64,000 bases of DNA from Eledone cirrhosa (lineage: Eukaryota), in the NCBI GenBank assembly GCA_964016885.1, contig OZ024755.1, forward strand, positions 38,502,001-38,566,000, read 5' to 3'. The position numbers and the translations under genes were made by a program. Shown here piece after piece: positions 17,370 to 30,640 of the stretch. The stretch's first letter is position 1, and each line of letters starts with the position of its first letter. The notes beneath the pieces are model-generated. The model worked only from the letters and a program-made list of their open reading frames with translations. It was not told where the DNA came from and did no database searches.

Positions 17370-18140
17370 GTTGTGTATATAATAGTCGTGTATATAGTTG
17401 TGTGTATAATAGTTGTGTATATAATAGTTGTGTATATAATAGTTGTGTATATAATGGTGTATATAATAATGTACAAATTATTTGTGTATATAATAGTTGT
17501 ATATAGTTGTATATAGCAGTGTAGTGTATATAGCAGTGTATATATAGTTGTATATAGCAGTGTAGTGTATATAGCAGTGTATATATAGTTGTATATAGCA
17601 GTGTAGTGTATATAGCAGTGTATATATAGTTGTATATAGCAGTGTAATGTATATATAGTTGTATATAGCAGTGTAGTGTATATAGCAGTGTATATATAAT
17701 TGTATATAGCAGTGTAGTGTATATATTAGTGTATATATAGTTGTATATAGCAGTGTAATGTATATAGCAGTGTATATATAATTGTATATAGCAGTGTAAT
17801 GTATATAGCAGTGTATATATAGTTGTATATAGCAGTGTAGTGTATATATTAGTGTATATATAGTTGTATATAGCAGTGTAATGTATATATAGTTGTATAT
17901 AGCAGTGTAATGTATATAATTGTATATAGCAGTGTAGTGTATATAGCAGTGTATATATAGTTGTATATAGCAGTGTAGTGTATATAGCAGTGTATATATA
18001 GTTGTATATAGCAGTGTAATGTATATAGTTGTGTATGTATAGTTGTATATAGTTGTGTATGTATAGTTGTATATAGCAGTGTAGTGTATATAGCAATGTA
18101 GTGTATGTGTAACAGTGTAATGTATATAGTTGTGTATATG
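17370..18140. repeat. Minisatellite (GTATATAGCAGTGTAGT/GTATATATAGTT units)
   Basis: Tandem array seen directly. Confidence 0.93.
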
Positions 18141-18145
18141 ACAAT

Positions 18146-18330
18146 AATTGTTTCTACGTTAGGCACAAGGCCAGCAAATACCCAGTGCATTACTGGTACT
18201 TTATTTTATCGACCCCGTAAGGATGAAAGGCAAAGTCAACCTTGGCGGGATTTGAACTCAGATCGTAAAGGGACGTAACTATGCTGGAAAGCATGGCGTC
18301 CGACCCTCTACCGATACTGCCAATCCACCC
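18146..18330 (-). mobile_element. tRNA-derived SINE
   Basis: Same family as 8407-8595. Confidence 0.9.
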
Positions 18331-18331
18331 A

Positions 18332-19365
18332 ATAATGAAAATCATTTTGTACAGTTCTCAGGCGCACTACAACTTATCAAAGGTGCATGTATAATACATA
18401 GAATAATGTACAAATGTCAGAAAAGTGAATAGTGTATGAGTCATGATATACACACATACACATATGTGCATATGTATGGAGGGGGATATTAGGTGTAGTG
18501 TTGGCGAATTTCAGGAAGCATGGAGGTTTTAAAGGATGCAGTGTCTCGACAGCTAACAACTGATGCAGGTAGTTTGTTCCATGGAGGTTTTAAAGGATGC
18601 AGTGTCTCGACAGCTAACAACTGATGCAGGTAGTTTGTTCCATGGAGGTTTTAAAGGATGCAGTGTCTCGACAGCTAACAACTGATGCAGGTAGTTTGTT
18701 CCATGGAGGTTTTAAAGGATGCAGTGTCTTGACAGTTAACAACTGATGCAGGTAGTTTGTTCCATGGAGGTTTTAAAGGATGCAGTGTCTCGACAGCTAA
18801 CAACTAATGCAGGTAGTTTGTTCCCTGGAGGTTTTAAAGGATGCAGTGTCTTGACAGCTAACAACTGATGCAGGTAGTTTGTTCCATGGAGGTTTTAAAG
18901 GGTGCAGTGTCTTGACAGCTAACAACTGATGCAGGTAGTTTGTTCCATGGAGGTTTTAAAGGATGCAGTGTCTTGACAGCTAACAACTGATGCAGGTAGT
19001 TTGTTCCATGGAGGTTTTAAAGGATGCAGTGTCTTGACAGCTAACAACTGATGCAGGGAGTTTGTTCCATGGAGGTTTTAAAGGATGCAGTGTCCCGACA
19101 ACTAACAACTGATGCAGGGAGTTTGTTCCCTGCTTCAGCAACTCTGAGCATGAAAAAATGTTTCTGAAAGTCATGGGAGCTGTGCTGTTTTCTGACTTTG
19201 TAATCATGACCACGGGTGTTAGACATGGAATTCAAAAAGGTGCTCAGGGTTGTTGTTGGCAAGATAGTTAATCATTTTGTGGGTGTTTACCAAGTCAGTT
19301 GCCAGGCGTCGGAGCTCTAATGCATCCTTACCCAGGGAAGCAAGGTGTTCAGAGTATCATCTAGG
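18332..19365 (-). mobile_element. CR1-type LINE 3' end with an internal tandem amplification
   Basis: TRGHDYKVRKQHSSHDFQKHFFMLRVAEAGNKLPASVVSCRDTASFK matches the CR1 ORF2 C-terminal RGH..K..FF..RV...WN.LP..VV....FK pattern; followed by a 3' UTR. Confidence 0.85.
18519..19129. repeat. 61-bp tandem repeat x10 derived from CR1 ORF2
   Basis: Unit CATGGAGGTTTTAAAGGATGCAGTGTCTCGACAGCTAACAACTGATGCAGGTAGTTTGTTC. Confidence 0.95.
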
Positions 19366-19398
19366 TTGGTAAACTTAATCTTTAGCCTTACTTATTAA

Positions 19399-19819
19399 CC
19401 TTTTAATGTTCAAACCGGCCAAAACCGGCCAGAATTCTCTACCTCTTTCTGTTGAAACTGGCTGTAACTGGTCACTCAAACTGATGTTAAGGTATTGTTC
19501 TCAAAATAAATACTTTCAAAATCTCATAGATTCGATATTATGTGAGATAATTATGTGAGGTAAAGCCTTTACCATGAAAATATAATTGTTTATACTTTAG
19601 GCACAAGGCCAGCAATTACCTAGTGCATTACTGGTACTTTATTTTATCGACCCCGTAAGGATGAAAGGCAAAGTCAACCTCGGCGGGATTTGAACTCAGA
19701 TCGTAAAGGGACGTAACTATGCTCGAAAGCATGGCGTCCGACCCTCCACCGATACTGCCAATCCACCGCCCTTCATGAAAATATAATTGTATATATAGAG
19801 TAATGTAAATGCTAAATGG
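19399..19819 (+). mobile_element. piggyBac-type MITE with TTAA TSD, interrupted by a SINE
   Basis: TTAA|CCTTTTAATGTTCA...TAAATGCTAAATGG|TTAA. Confidence 0.7.
19584..19770 (-). mobile_element. tRNA-derived SINE nested in the MITE
   Basis: Family match; TSD CATGAAAATATAATTG. Confidence 0.9.
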
Positions 19820-20079
19820 TTAAACATCACTATCTGGTCCTTTGTTTAACATATACTAATGTTATGAAAACTATCATTTAACAATAACAAGTATCTTGAT
19901 ATGTACATCCTGTTGTTACAGAAGAGTCATGCTGTATACAGGTTTTTCCCTGAAATAGAGTAGCAGTAAGAGTTCTGAAATTAGTTGAAGTAGGAGGTAT
20001 CACGTGATTAAATGTAAAGATCAAAGTACTCAATTTTTATAGAAATATTTTCTGAAGTAGGAAAAGGAATATATTTCTT

Positions 20080-21661
20080 CGCAATACTCCCACAGTTTGC
20101 CAAGAACTATATTCTTGTTTTGTCGACTTTTCCTACTTTAGAAAATACTTCTATATAAATTGAGTAGCCATATGACCGCATTCCCCAGGAGCTGCTGTGG
20201 AAGGTTGTGCAGGAGTATGGGATTGATGGTCAGCTTCTTGCTGCCCTGAGGTCTCTATATGAATGCCCGTGTATTTGTGTTCCGATAAATGGTGATTGTT
20301 CCAGTTACAGAGGGATCTCCTTGTTAAGCCTCCCTGGCAAAGTCTATGTTAAGTGTCTGGCAAAAAATTGCAGGGAGATTGTCTAGTTGAAGCTAGTTGA
20401 TGAACAGTGTGGTTTTCACTCCAGATGCTTCCTGCTGCCCTGATGTCTCTATAAGAATGCCTGGGTATTTGTGTTCAGATAAATGGTGCTACATCGAAAC
20501 CATTCAATGTGGGAGTTGGACTCCACCAAGGATGCGTACTGTCCCCTCTTCTGTTCATTATTTACATGAACAGGATTGACATGGGCAGCCAGGTTAGAAG
20601 TGGTATCATGACTGGCGGCTGTAAAATCAATCGGCTGGAATTTGCAGATGACATGGTGTTACTCAACTCGACAGAAGATGAGCTTCGACTTGCACTCGAT
20701 AGGTCTGATGCCAAGTGCTGCATGACTAGAACGAAAATCAGTGCTGCAAAACCTGAGACACTCGTCCTGCCAAGGAAGCCTGTGCAGTGCACTCTACATG
20801 TGAGTGGAGCTCCACTGAAGCAGGTAGAGAAGTTCAAGTATCTCGGGGCCGTGTTCACGAATGATGGAAGGCAGGAAGCTGAATTAAGTACAAGAATTAC
20901 AAAAGCTGGTGCAGTATTGCACCAGCTTCAGCATTCAGTAATCAGAAGAGGAGAGGTAGGTGTAAAAAGCCTAACTCGATGTCCTCAATTGGGTTTTTGT
21001 GCCAACCCTTACCCATGGTTATGAATCTTGGGTAATACCTGAAAGTATACGATCGCGAATACAAACGGCTGAAATAGGTTTCCTCCGAAGGGTCTTTGGA
21101 GTAACGTTACTTGATAACGTGAGTAGCTCAGAGATCAGAGAGTCACTCCAGGTAGAGCTGTTACTTCACTGAATTGAGAGATCACAGCTCTGATACTATG
21201 GACATGTGGTTAGAATGTCTCAGGAAAGAATCACTGGAGAGTCACTCCAGGTAGAGCTGCTACTTCTCCCAATTGAGAGATCACAGCTCTGATACTATGA
21301 ACAGGTGGTTAGGATGTCTCAGGAAAGAATTGCTGGCGAGTCACTCCAGGTAGAGCTGTTACTTCTCCCAATTGAGAGATCACAGCTCTGATACTATGGA
21401 CATGTGGTTAGAATGTCTCAGGAAAGAATCACTGGAGAGTCACTCCAGGTAGAGCTGCTACTTCTCCCAATTCAGAGATCACAGCTCCGATACTAAGAAC
21501 ATGTGGTTAGAATGTCTCAGGAAAGAATCACTGGAGAGTCACTCCAGATAGAGCTGCTACTTCTCCCAATTCAGAGATCACAGCTCCGATACTAAGAACA
21601 TGTGGTTAGAATGTCTCAGGAAAGAATCACTGGAGAGTCACTCCAGATAGAGCTGCTACTT
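20080..21661 (+). mobile_element. RTE-clade LINE RT remnant (rearranged, with stops)
   Basis: YDRIPQELLWKV; GVGLHQGCVLSPLLFIIYMN; LEFADDMVLL; QVEKFKYLGAVF; YGHVVRM. Confidence 0.9.
21138..21661. repeat. 99-bp tandem repeat x~5.3 derived from the RTE ORF C-terminus
   Basis: GAGTCACTCC recurs at 21140, 21239, 21338, 21437, 21536 and 21635. Confidence 0.93.
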
Positions 21662-23010
21662 GTGTGTGTGTGTGAGTAAGTCGTGTGTGTGTGTGAATGT
21701 GTATACGTATGCATGAGTGTTTGAGTGTGTGTGTGAATGTGTGAATGTGTGCATGAGTGTTTGAGTGTGTGTGTGTGAATGAATGTGTGTGGGTGAATGT
21801 GTGAATGTGTGCATGAGTGTTTGAGTGTGTGTGTGAATGAATGTGTGTGGGTGAATGTGTGAATGTGTGCATGAGTGTTTGAGTGTGTGTGTGAATGAAT
21901 GTGTGTGGGTGAATGTGTATACGTATGCATGAGTGTTTGAGTGTGTGTGTGAATGTGTATACGTATGCATGAGTGTTTGAGTGTGTGTGTGAATGAATGT
22001 GTGTGGGTGAATGTGTGAATGTGTGCATGAGTGTTTGAGTGTGTGTGTGAATGTGTATACGTATGCATGAGTGTTTGAGTGTGTGTGTGAATGAATGTGT
22101 GTGGGTGAATGTGTGAATGTGTGCATGAGTGTTTGAGTGTGTGTGTGAATGTGTATACGTATGCATGAGTGTTTGAGTGTGTGTGTGAATGAATGTGTGT
22201 GGGTGAATGTGTGAATGTGTGCATGAGTGTTTGAGTGTGTGTGTGAATGAATGTGTGTGGGTGAATGTGTGAATGTGTGCATGAGTGTTTGAGTGTGTGT
22301 GTGAATGTGTATACGTATGCATGAGTGTTTGAGTGTGTGTGTGAATGAATGTGTGTGGGTGAATGTGTGTATGTGTGCATGAGTGTTTGAGTGTGTGTGT
22401 GAATGTGTATACGTATGCATGAGTGTTTGAGTGTGTGTGTGAATGAATGTGTGTGGGTGAATGTGTGAATGTGTGCATGAGTGTTTGAGTGTGTGTGTGA
22501 ATGAATGTGTGTGGGTGAATGTGTGAATGTGTGCATGAGTGTTTGAGTGTGTGTGTGAATGAATGTGTGTGGGTGAATGTGTGAATGTGTGCATGAGTGT
22601 TTGAGTGTGTTTGTGAATGAATGTGTGTGGGTGAATGTGTGAATGTGTGCATGAGTGTTTGAGTGTGTGTGTGAATGTGTATATGTATGCATGAGTGTTT
22701 GAGTGTGTGTGTGAATGAATGTGTGTGGGTGAATGTGTGTATGTGTGCATGAGTGTTTGAGTGTGTGTGTGAATGTGTATACGTATGCATGAGTGTTTGA
22801 GTGTGTGTGTGAATGAATGTGTGTGGGTGAATGTGTGAATGTGTGCATGAGTGTTTGAGTGTGTGTGTGAATGTGTATACGTATGCATGAGTGTTTGAGT
22901 GTGTGTGTGAATGAATGTGTGTGGGTGAATGTGTGTATGTGTGCATGAGTGTTTGAGTGTGTGTGTGAATGTGTATACGTATGCATGAGTGTTTGAGTGT
23001 GTGTGCGTAT
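21662..23010. repeat. GT-rich minisatellite (GCATGAGTGTTTGAGTGTGTGTGTGAATG units)
   Basis: Tandem array with two alternating unit types. Confidence 0.95.
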
Positions 23011-23116
23011 GTGTGTATTAAGTGAGAAGGAAACTCGCGGTTGAAACAACTCCCAGTCATCTTGCTTTGGTATGTCACTGAACTGTAGTTGTGGACATTC
23101 AGAGAGTGGTACACAT

Positions 23117-25292
23117 GTTGTACAGGTGTGTTTACCACTATAATATACTGATGTACAGGTGTGTTTACCACTATAATATACTGATGTACAGGTGTGTTTA
23201 CCACTATAATATACTGATGTACAGGTGTGTTTACCACTATAATATACTGTTGTACAGGTGTGTTTACCACTACAATATACTGATGTACAGATGTGTTTAC
23301 CACTATAATATTCTGATGTACAGGTGTGTTTACCACTATAATATACTGTTGTACAGGTGTGTTTACCATTATAATATACTGATGTACAGGTGTGTTTACC
23401 ACTATAATATACTGTTGTACAGGTGTTTACCACTATAATATACTGATGTACAGATGTGTTTACCACTATAATATACTGATGTACAGGTGTGCTTACCACT
23501 ATAATATACTGTTGTACAGGTGTGTTTACCACTATAATATACTGATGTACAGGTGTGTTTACCACTATAATATACTGTTGTACAGGTGTGTTTACCACTA
23601 TAATATACTGTTGTACAGGTGTGTTTACCACTATAATATACTGTTGTACAGGTGTGTTTACCATTATAATATACTGTTGTACAGGTGTGTTTACCACTAT
23701 AATATACTGATGTACAGGTGTGTTTACCACTATAATATACTGTTGTACAGGTGTGTTTACCATTATAATATACTGATGTACAGGTGTGTTTACCACTATA
23801 ATATACTGTTGTACAGGTGTTTACCACTATAATATACTGATGTACAGATGTGTTTACCACTATAATATACTGATGTACAGGTGTGTTTACCACTATAATA
23901 TACTGTTGTACAGGTGTGTTTACCACTATAATATACTGATGTACAGGTGTGTTTACCACTATAATATACTGTTGTACAGGTGTGTTTACCACTATAATAT
24001 ACTGTTGTACAGGTGTGTTTACCATTATAATATACTGATGTACAGGTGTGTTTACCACTATAATATACTGTTGTACAGGTGTGTTTACCATTATAATATA
24101 CTGTTGTACAGGTGTGTTTACCACTATAATATACTGATGTACAGGTGTGTTTACCACTATAATATACTGATGTACAGGTGTGTTTACCACTATAATATAC
24201 TGTTGTACAGGTGTGTTTACCACTATAATATACTGTTGTACAGGTGTGTTTACCACTATAATATACTGATGTACAGGTGTGTTTACCACTATAATATACT
24301 GTTGTACAGGTGTGTTTACCACTATAATATACTGATGTACAGGTGTGTTTACCATTATAATATACTGATGTACAGGTGTGTTTACCACTATAATATACTG
24401 ATGTACAGGTGTGGTTACCACTATAATATACTGTTGTACAGGTGTCTCTATAATATACTGTTGTACAGGTGTGTTTACCACTATAATATACTGTTGTACA
24501 GGTGTGTTTACCACTATAATATACTGTTGTACAGGTGTGTTTACCACTATAATATACTGATGTACAGCTGTGTTTACCACTACAATATACTGATGTACAG
24601 GTGTGTTTACCACTATAATATACTGTTGTACAGGTGTGTTTACCATTATAATATACTGTTGTACAGGTGTGTTTACCACTATAATATACTGATGTACAGG
24701 TGTGTTTACCACTATAATATACTGATGTACAGGTGTGTTTACCACTATAATATACTGTTGTACAGGTGTGTTTACCACTATAATATACTGTTGTACAGGT
24801 GTGTTTACCACTATAATATACTGATGTACAGGTGTGTTTACCACTATAATATACTGTTGTACAGGTGTCTCTATAATATACTGATGTACAGGTGTGTTTA
24901 CCACTATAATATACTGATGTACAGGTGTGTTTACCACTATAATATACTGATGTACAGGTGTTTTTACCACTATAATATACTGATGTACAGGTGTGTTTAC
25001 CACTATAATATACTGATGTACAGGTGTGTTTACCATTATAATATACTGATGTACAGGTGTGTTTACCATTATAATATACTGATGTACAGGTGTGTTTACC
25101 ACTATAATATACTGATGTACAGGTGTGTTTACCACTATAATATACTGTTGTACAGGTGTGTTTACCACTATAATATACTGATGTACAGGTGTGTTTACCA
25201 CTATAATATACTGATGTACAGGTGTGTTTACCACTATAATATACTGATGTACAGGTGTGTTTACCACTATAATATACTGATGTACAGGTGTC
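23117..25292. repeat. 33-bp minisatellite, ~66 copies
   Basis: Unit TGTACAGGTGTGTTTACCACTATAATATACTG(A/T), head-to-tail with no spacers. Confidence 0.97.
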
Positions 25293-25379
25293 TCTTACAT
25301 CTTTCTTTGTCTATCCTATTTCTGAAATACTACAGTGATAGACAAATGGTAACATGTGTAGACCTGACCAGCTTATAGT

Positions 25380-27145
25380 CACAAGTCTACACATAGGCCC
25401 CTCAGCAGTCAATTTTAGAGTGATAGAGGGCCTTCCTCAATATGAAACAGTGCACCACATGGATCAACTTCCCTCTGCTGATGAGATAAAGCTGCCAATC
25501 AAACAAGTTAACCCTGGCAAGGCACCATGTCTAGATGCTATCCCAGTTGAACTGCTGAAAGTCGGTAGTGATAATGTAATGGAAGCGATAAACAACTTCA
25601 TCACTGATTGCTGGATCAACGGTATTTTGTTATTATATGATATGCGGCAACTATTGGGCATCCCTTTGCTGGAAGCTGTTGTCAAAGTTCTCGCAAGACT
25701 TTTGCTCAACAGACTGGAGGAGGATACCTGTCCTATAGCTATCCCAGAATCACAGAGTGGTTTTAGAAGAGGAAGGGGAACAGTTGACATGCTTTTCTCT
25801 GTCAGACAAATACAAGAAAAATGCATTGAGCAGTGTGTCTCTCCATATCAAGTCTTTGTCGACCTAACAAACGTTTTGACAGTTAAAAGAGCTGCACTCT
25901 GGATAATACTTGGAAAAGAAGGATGTCCACTCAAGTTTGTGAGTTTGCTAAAGCAGCTGCACAGAAATATGAAAGCTCGGGTTACTTTCAATGACCAATT
26001 GGGGAAATCCCAATTGACAACGGGGTAAAACAAGGTGATATTCCTTCTCCTACACTTTTCCCCATTTTTGCTGCCTTGCACACAAATTCTTTCCATGATT
26101 GTGACAGGCATTCTCTTATAGTTCAGAGCTACCAGAAAGGTTTTTAACTTAAGAAGGTTTAATGCCAAAACAAAAACTTTTGAAGCTTTGATCAGAGACC
26201 TTCTTTACGCTGACAACACTGACTTCCTAGCACACACAGAAGCTGGCATGCGACACATTATGGACCATTTCTTATCCTTGTGTACAGCATTTGGGCTTAC
26301 AATCAGCTTCAAAAAGACCAAAGTAATGTTTACCCCTGCTCCTGGAGAACCATATACTGAACCCCATATCATAGTTGTTGGAACCAGGTTGGGAGTAGAT
26401 AAATTTGTCTCCTTGGGTAGCACACTCTCAAATGATGGCTCCTTGGATGCTGAAATATATCTGCGCATCCAGAAGGCTTTTGTTGCTTTCGGAAAATTGA
26501 AAAAGAGAGTTTGCACAAATCGCAACATTACCAATAATACTAAGGTGTGTGTGTATAGATCATGTGTTGTGTCTGCTCTTTTATACTCCGCCAAAACCTG
26601 AAAACTATTTCGCAAACACACCACATTGCTTGAGCGCTTTCAGCAGAAATGTCTAAGGCATATTCAACATCAAGTGGCAAGGCAGAACTCCTGACATCCA
26701 TGTCCAAGCATTGAGTCCCAAGTAACATCTTCTCAAATGCATTGGACAAGACATGTTGTCCACATGAAAGAAAACAGGATCCCGAAGCAACTGTTTTACG
26801 GTGAGCTCCATCTTGGAAAAAGGCCCCAACACAAACCAAAAATGAGGTTCAGGGACTCCCTCAAAGAGCAGGCATTTAATCAAGAGAACTGGGAGGAGAT
26901 AGCTCTGAACCGGGCTGAGTGGAGAAAGTACATAAAGGTCAGTTACAAAATGTTTGAGGAATGTTGTCTAGAACATAAACAACTGAAGCGTCAGCTCCAG
27001 AAGGGCAGTGCTCACAGTCTTGCTGAAGTCATCAGTAGCTGGACATACAAGTTCTGAAAGCGTGTACTCTTCTCAAAAGCTGGTTACGTTAATCACCTGA
27101 AGTCATATGACAGAACAACCCGCAACACCAATCAACAAAGGATGT
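25380..27145 (+). mobile_element. RTE (BovB-like) LINE ORF remnant with frameshifts
   Basis: GKAPCLDAIPVELLK; PESQSGFRRGRGTVDMLFSVRQIQEKC; GVKQG; IRDLLYADN; RIPKQLFYGELHLGKRPQHKPKMRFRDSLK. Confidence 0.92.
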
Positions 27146-27689
27146 AGAACTATCACGGTTTTTAAAAAAAATTAATTAAACGTAAATCAACAAAAAAACC
27201 ACCCTGTGTACCCTGAAGTTCTTCATTAGGACAAAGTATGAAATATATTTTCATGTATTTATTATGTTAAAAAATAAATAATTAAACTTTGAATTTCTAA
27301 TTTGAAAATAATGCTTTACACAAAAATGAAATGATCAAGTTTTGAATTGATATTTTGAAAAAGATTATTTACAAGAAACAAAATAAGAATAAGATTTAAT
27401 AATGTAATTTTGATTTGATATATTACAAAAAATAATATTATCCAATTTTTCATGCATTGCATTTTATATTGAGTAATATTGAAATGTAGAGTTTTTCTCC
27501 ATAAATTATATCTCAATCATCATTTTCTTACAAAAAAATTGTGTGAAACGCAGCAAGGTGCAGGTAATTCGGTTAGTATATATATAATTGTTAAACAAGA
27601 GGAACCAATTATTTAAATTGAGTGTAGTGGATAGGGCTGCAGTGCGGTAGGGATAGGCAAGTGCTCTAAGGTTCGATATGTAGAATTTG

Positions 27690-29717
27690 AACATTTCATG
27701 TAGATATATGACAGTAGAAAGTAGCTAGTTATTGTGGAATGTGAACATTTCATGTAGATATGGCAGTAGAAAGTAACTAGTTATTGTGGAATGTGAACAT
27801 TTCATGTAGATATATGACAGTAGAAAGTAGCTAGTTATTGTGGAATGTGAACATTTCATGTAGATATGGCAGTAGAAAGTAACTAGTTATTGTGGAATGT
27901 GAACATTTCATGTAGATATGGCAGTAGAAAGTAACTAGTTATTGTGGAATGTGAACATTTCATGTAGATATGGCAGTAGAAAGTAACTAGTTATTGTGGA
28001 ATGTGAACATTTCATGTAGATATATGACAGTAGAAAGTAACTAGTTATTGTGGAATGTGAACATTTCATGTAGATATGGCAGTAGAAAGTAACTAGTTAT
28101 TGTGGAATGTGAACATTTCATGTAGATATATGACAGTAGAAAGTAACTAGTTATTGTGGAATGTGAACATTTCATGTAGATATGGCAGTAGAAAGTAACT
28201 AGTTATTGTGGAATGTGAACATTTCATGTAGATATATGACAGTAGAAAGTAGCTAGTTATTGTGGAATGTGAACATTTCATGTAGATATGACTGTAGAAG
28301 GTAACTAGTTATTGTGGAATGTGAACATTTCATGTAGATATATGACAGTAGAAAGTAACTAGTTATTGTGGAATGTGAACATTTCATGTAGATATGACAG
28401 TAGAAAGTAACTAGTTATTGTGGAATGGGAACATTTCATGTAGATATATGACAGTAGAAAGTAGCTAGTTATTGTGGAATGTGAACATTTCATGTAGATA
28501 TGACAGTAGAAAGTAACTAGTTATTGTGGAATGTGAACATTTCATGTAGATATGACAGTAGAAAGTAGCTAGTTATTGTGGAATGTGAACATTTCATGTA
28601 GATATATGACAGTAGAAAGTAGCTAGTTATTGTGGAATGTGAACATTTCATGTAGATATGGCAGTAGAAAGTAACTAGTTATTGTGGAATGTGAACATTT
28701 CATGTAGATATGACAGTAGAAAGTAACTAGTTATTGTGGAAAGTGAACATTTCATGTAGATATGACAGTAGAAAGTAACTAGTTATTATGGAAAGTGAAC
28801 ATTTCATGTAGATATGACAGTAGAAAGTAACTAGTTATTATGGAATGTGAACATTTCATGTAGATATGACAGTAGAAAGTAGCTAGTTATTGTGGAATGT
28901 GAACATTTCATGTAGATATGACAGTAGAAAGTAACTAGTTATTATGGAAAGTGAACATTTCATGTAGATATGACAGTAGAAAGTAACTAGTTATTGTGGA
29001 ATGTGAACATTTCATGTAGATATGACAGTAGAAAGTAACTAGTTATTGTGGAATGTGAACATTTCATGTAGATATATGACAGTAGAAAGTAACTAGTTAT
29101 TAAGGAATGTGAACATTTCATGTAGATATGACAGTAGAAAGTAACTAGTTATTGTGGAATGTGAACATTTCATGTAGATATGGCAGTAGAAAGTAACTAG
29201 TTATTGTGGAATGTGAACATTTCATGTAGATATGACAGTAGAAAGTAACTAGTTATTGTGGAATGTGAACATTTCATGTAGATATGACAGTAGAAAGTAA
29301 CTAGTTATTGTGGAATGTGAACATTTCATGTAGATATGGCAGTAGAAAGTAACTAGTTATTGTGGAATGTGAACATTTCATGTAGATATGACAGTAGAAA
29401 GTAACTAGTTATTGTGGAATGTGAACATTTCATGTAGATATGACAGTAGAAAGTAACTAGTTATTGTGGAATGTGAACATTTCATGTAGATATGGCAGTA
29501 GAAAGTAACTAGTTATTGTGGAATGTGAACATTTCATGTAGATATGACAGTAGAAAGTAACTAGTTATTGTGGAATGTGAACATTTCATGTAGATATGGC
29601 AGTAGAAAGTAACTAGTTATTGTGGAATGTGAACATTTCATGTAGATATGCCAGTAGAAAGTAACTAGTTATTATGGAATGTGAACATTTCATGTAGATA
29701 TGACAGTAGAAAGTAAT
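27690..29717. repeat. 52/54-bp minisatellite, ~39 copies
   Basis: Unit GAACATTTCATGTAGATATGACAGTAGAAAGTAACTAGTTATTGTGGAATGT. Confidence 0.97.
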
Positions 29718-30210
29718 TGATTTAATATAATCAAATAATATTACTTTACACCTCAGATAAACATTCCAACTTAATGTTATTGAAGATGTTATGTTTGATC
29801 TCACACACCTGCTAATGAGTTCAGGGAAGACATTGCAGTGTAAAACATTCTACAAGTCAATTAATCATCTCTTGTATCTAATCACACAGTTTTGCTATCA
29901 AGATATTCCTCTCAACATTGCATGTGTTGTGTATTCTGCACAAATCTGTAATTAATAATGAGACCTCTTTATCCCACATATCAATTGACTAACGATCGAC
30001 ATATGAAACCAGCCAATATCTACGAAAGAGCTGACAAGAAATTAGTCTAAACTATCATAGCATTAAATTTGTTTTATCATGTGTTCTGGTACAAAATAAT
30101 TTTCCTGCATATGTGGTTAACGAGTTCACTTCACAACAACGTGGTTCTGGGAACCTTGGACACGTGTCTTCTATTATAGCTTCTCATTGACCAATGCCTT
30201 TAAAGAGAAG

Positions 30211-30640
30211 GTGCATGGCTTAGTGGTTAGAGCATTGGGCTTGCAATCGAAAGGTTGTGAGTACGATTTTCGGACTGGGTGATGTGTTGAGTCCTTGAGC
30301 AAGACACTTTATTTCACATTGCTCCAGTTAGTAAACTGGAGCAATGTGAAATAAAGCAAATCAATGGATGGCAGTAGTTCCAGCTTCACACATCAAAAGA
30401 CTGGTGTAGTGGTTCTGAGAACAATGTGGCTTTGCAGATGATCAATGCAAGTTGACAATGGAAAGGCGCTCCCGCTTGAGTTAGAAGAGAACTATTGACC
30501 TTCAGGAGAAGCAGCGACCCCTGATTGTATTAAGCAACCGAAACAAATATGATGTACATCAACTCCAATGCTCCTAGGGGGCGGCCCTGTTTTTCCTCAT
30601 TTGCGAGTGTAAACTCGGCCAGATTAGATTAGATTAGATT
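30211..30640 (+). mobile_element. Composite tRNA-headed SINE with internal fold-back and (AGATT)n tail
   Basis: A-box TGGCTTAGTGG; degenerate B-box GAGTACGATTT; GTCCTTGAGCAAGACACTT core; TSD TTTAAAGAGAAG at ~30199 and ~30639. Confidence 0.75.

Noticed and set aside
21616-25378. ORFs of 400-726 aa
   Set aside because: Stop-free minisatellite units that are open on both strands; no protein features.
23117-29717. CRISPR-like arrays (33-bp and 52-bp repeats; also the 38- and 65-bp arrays)
   Set aside because: Head-to-tail units without unique spacers, no cas genes, and a eukaryotic context.
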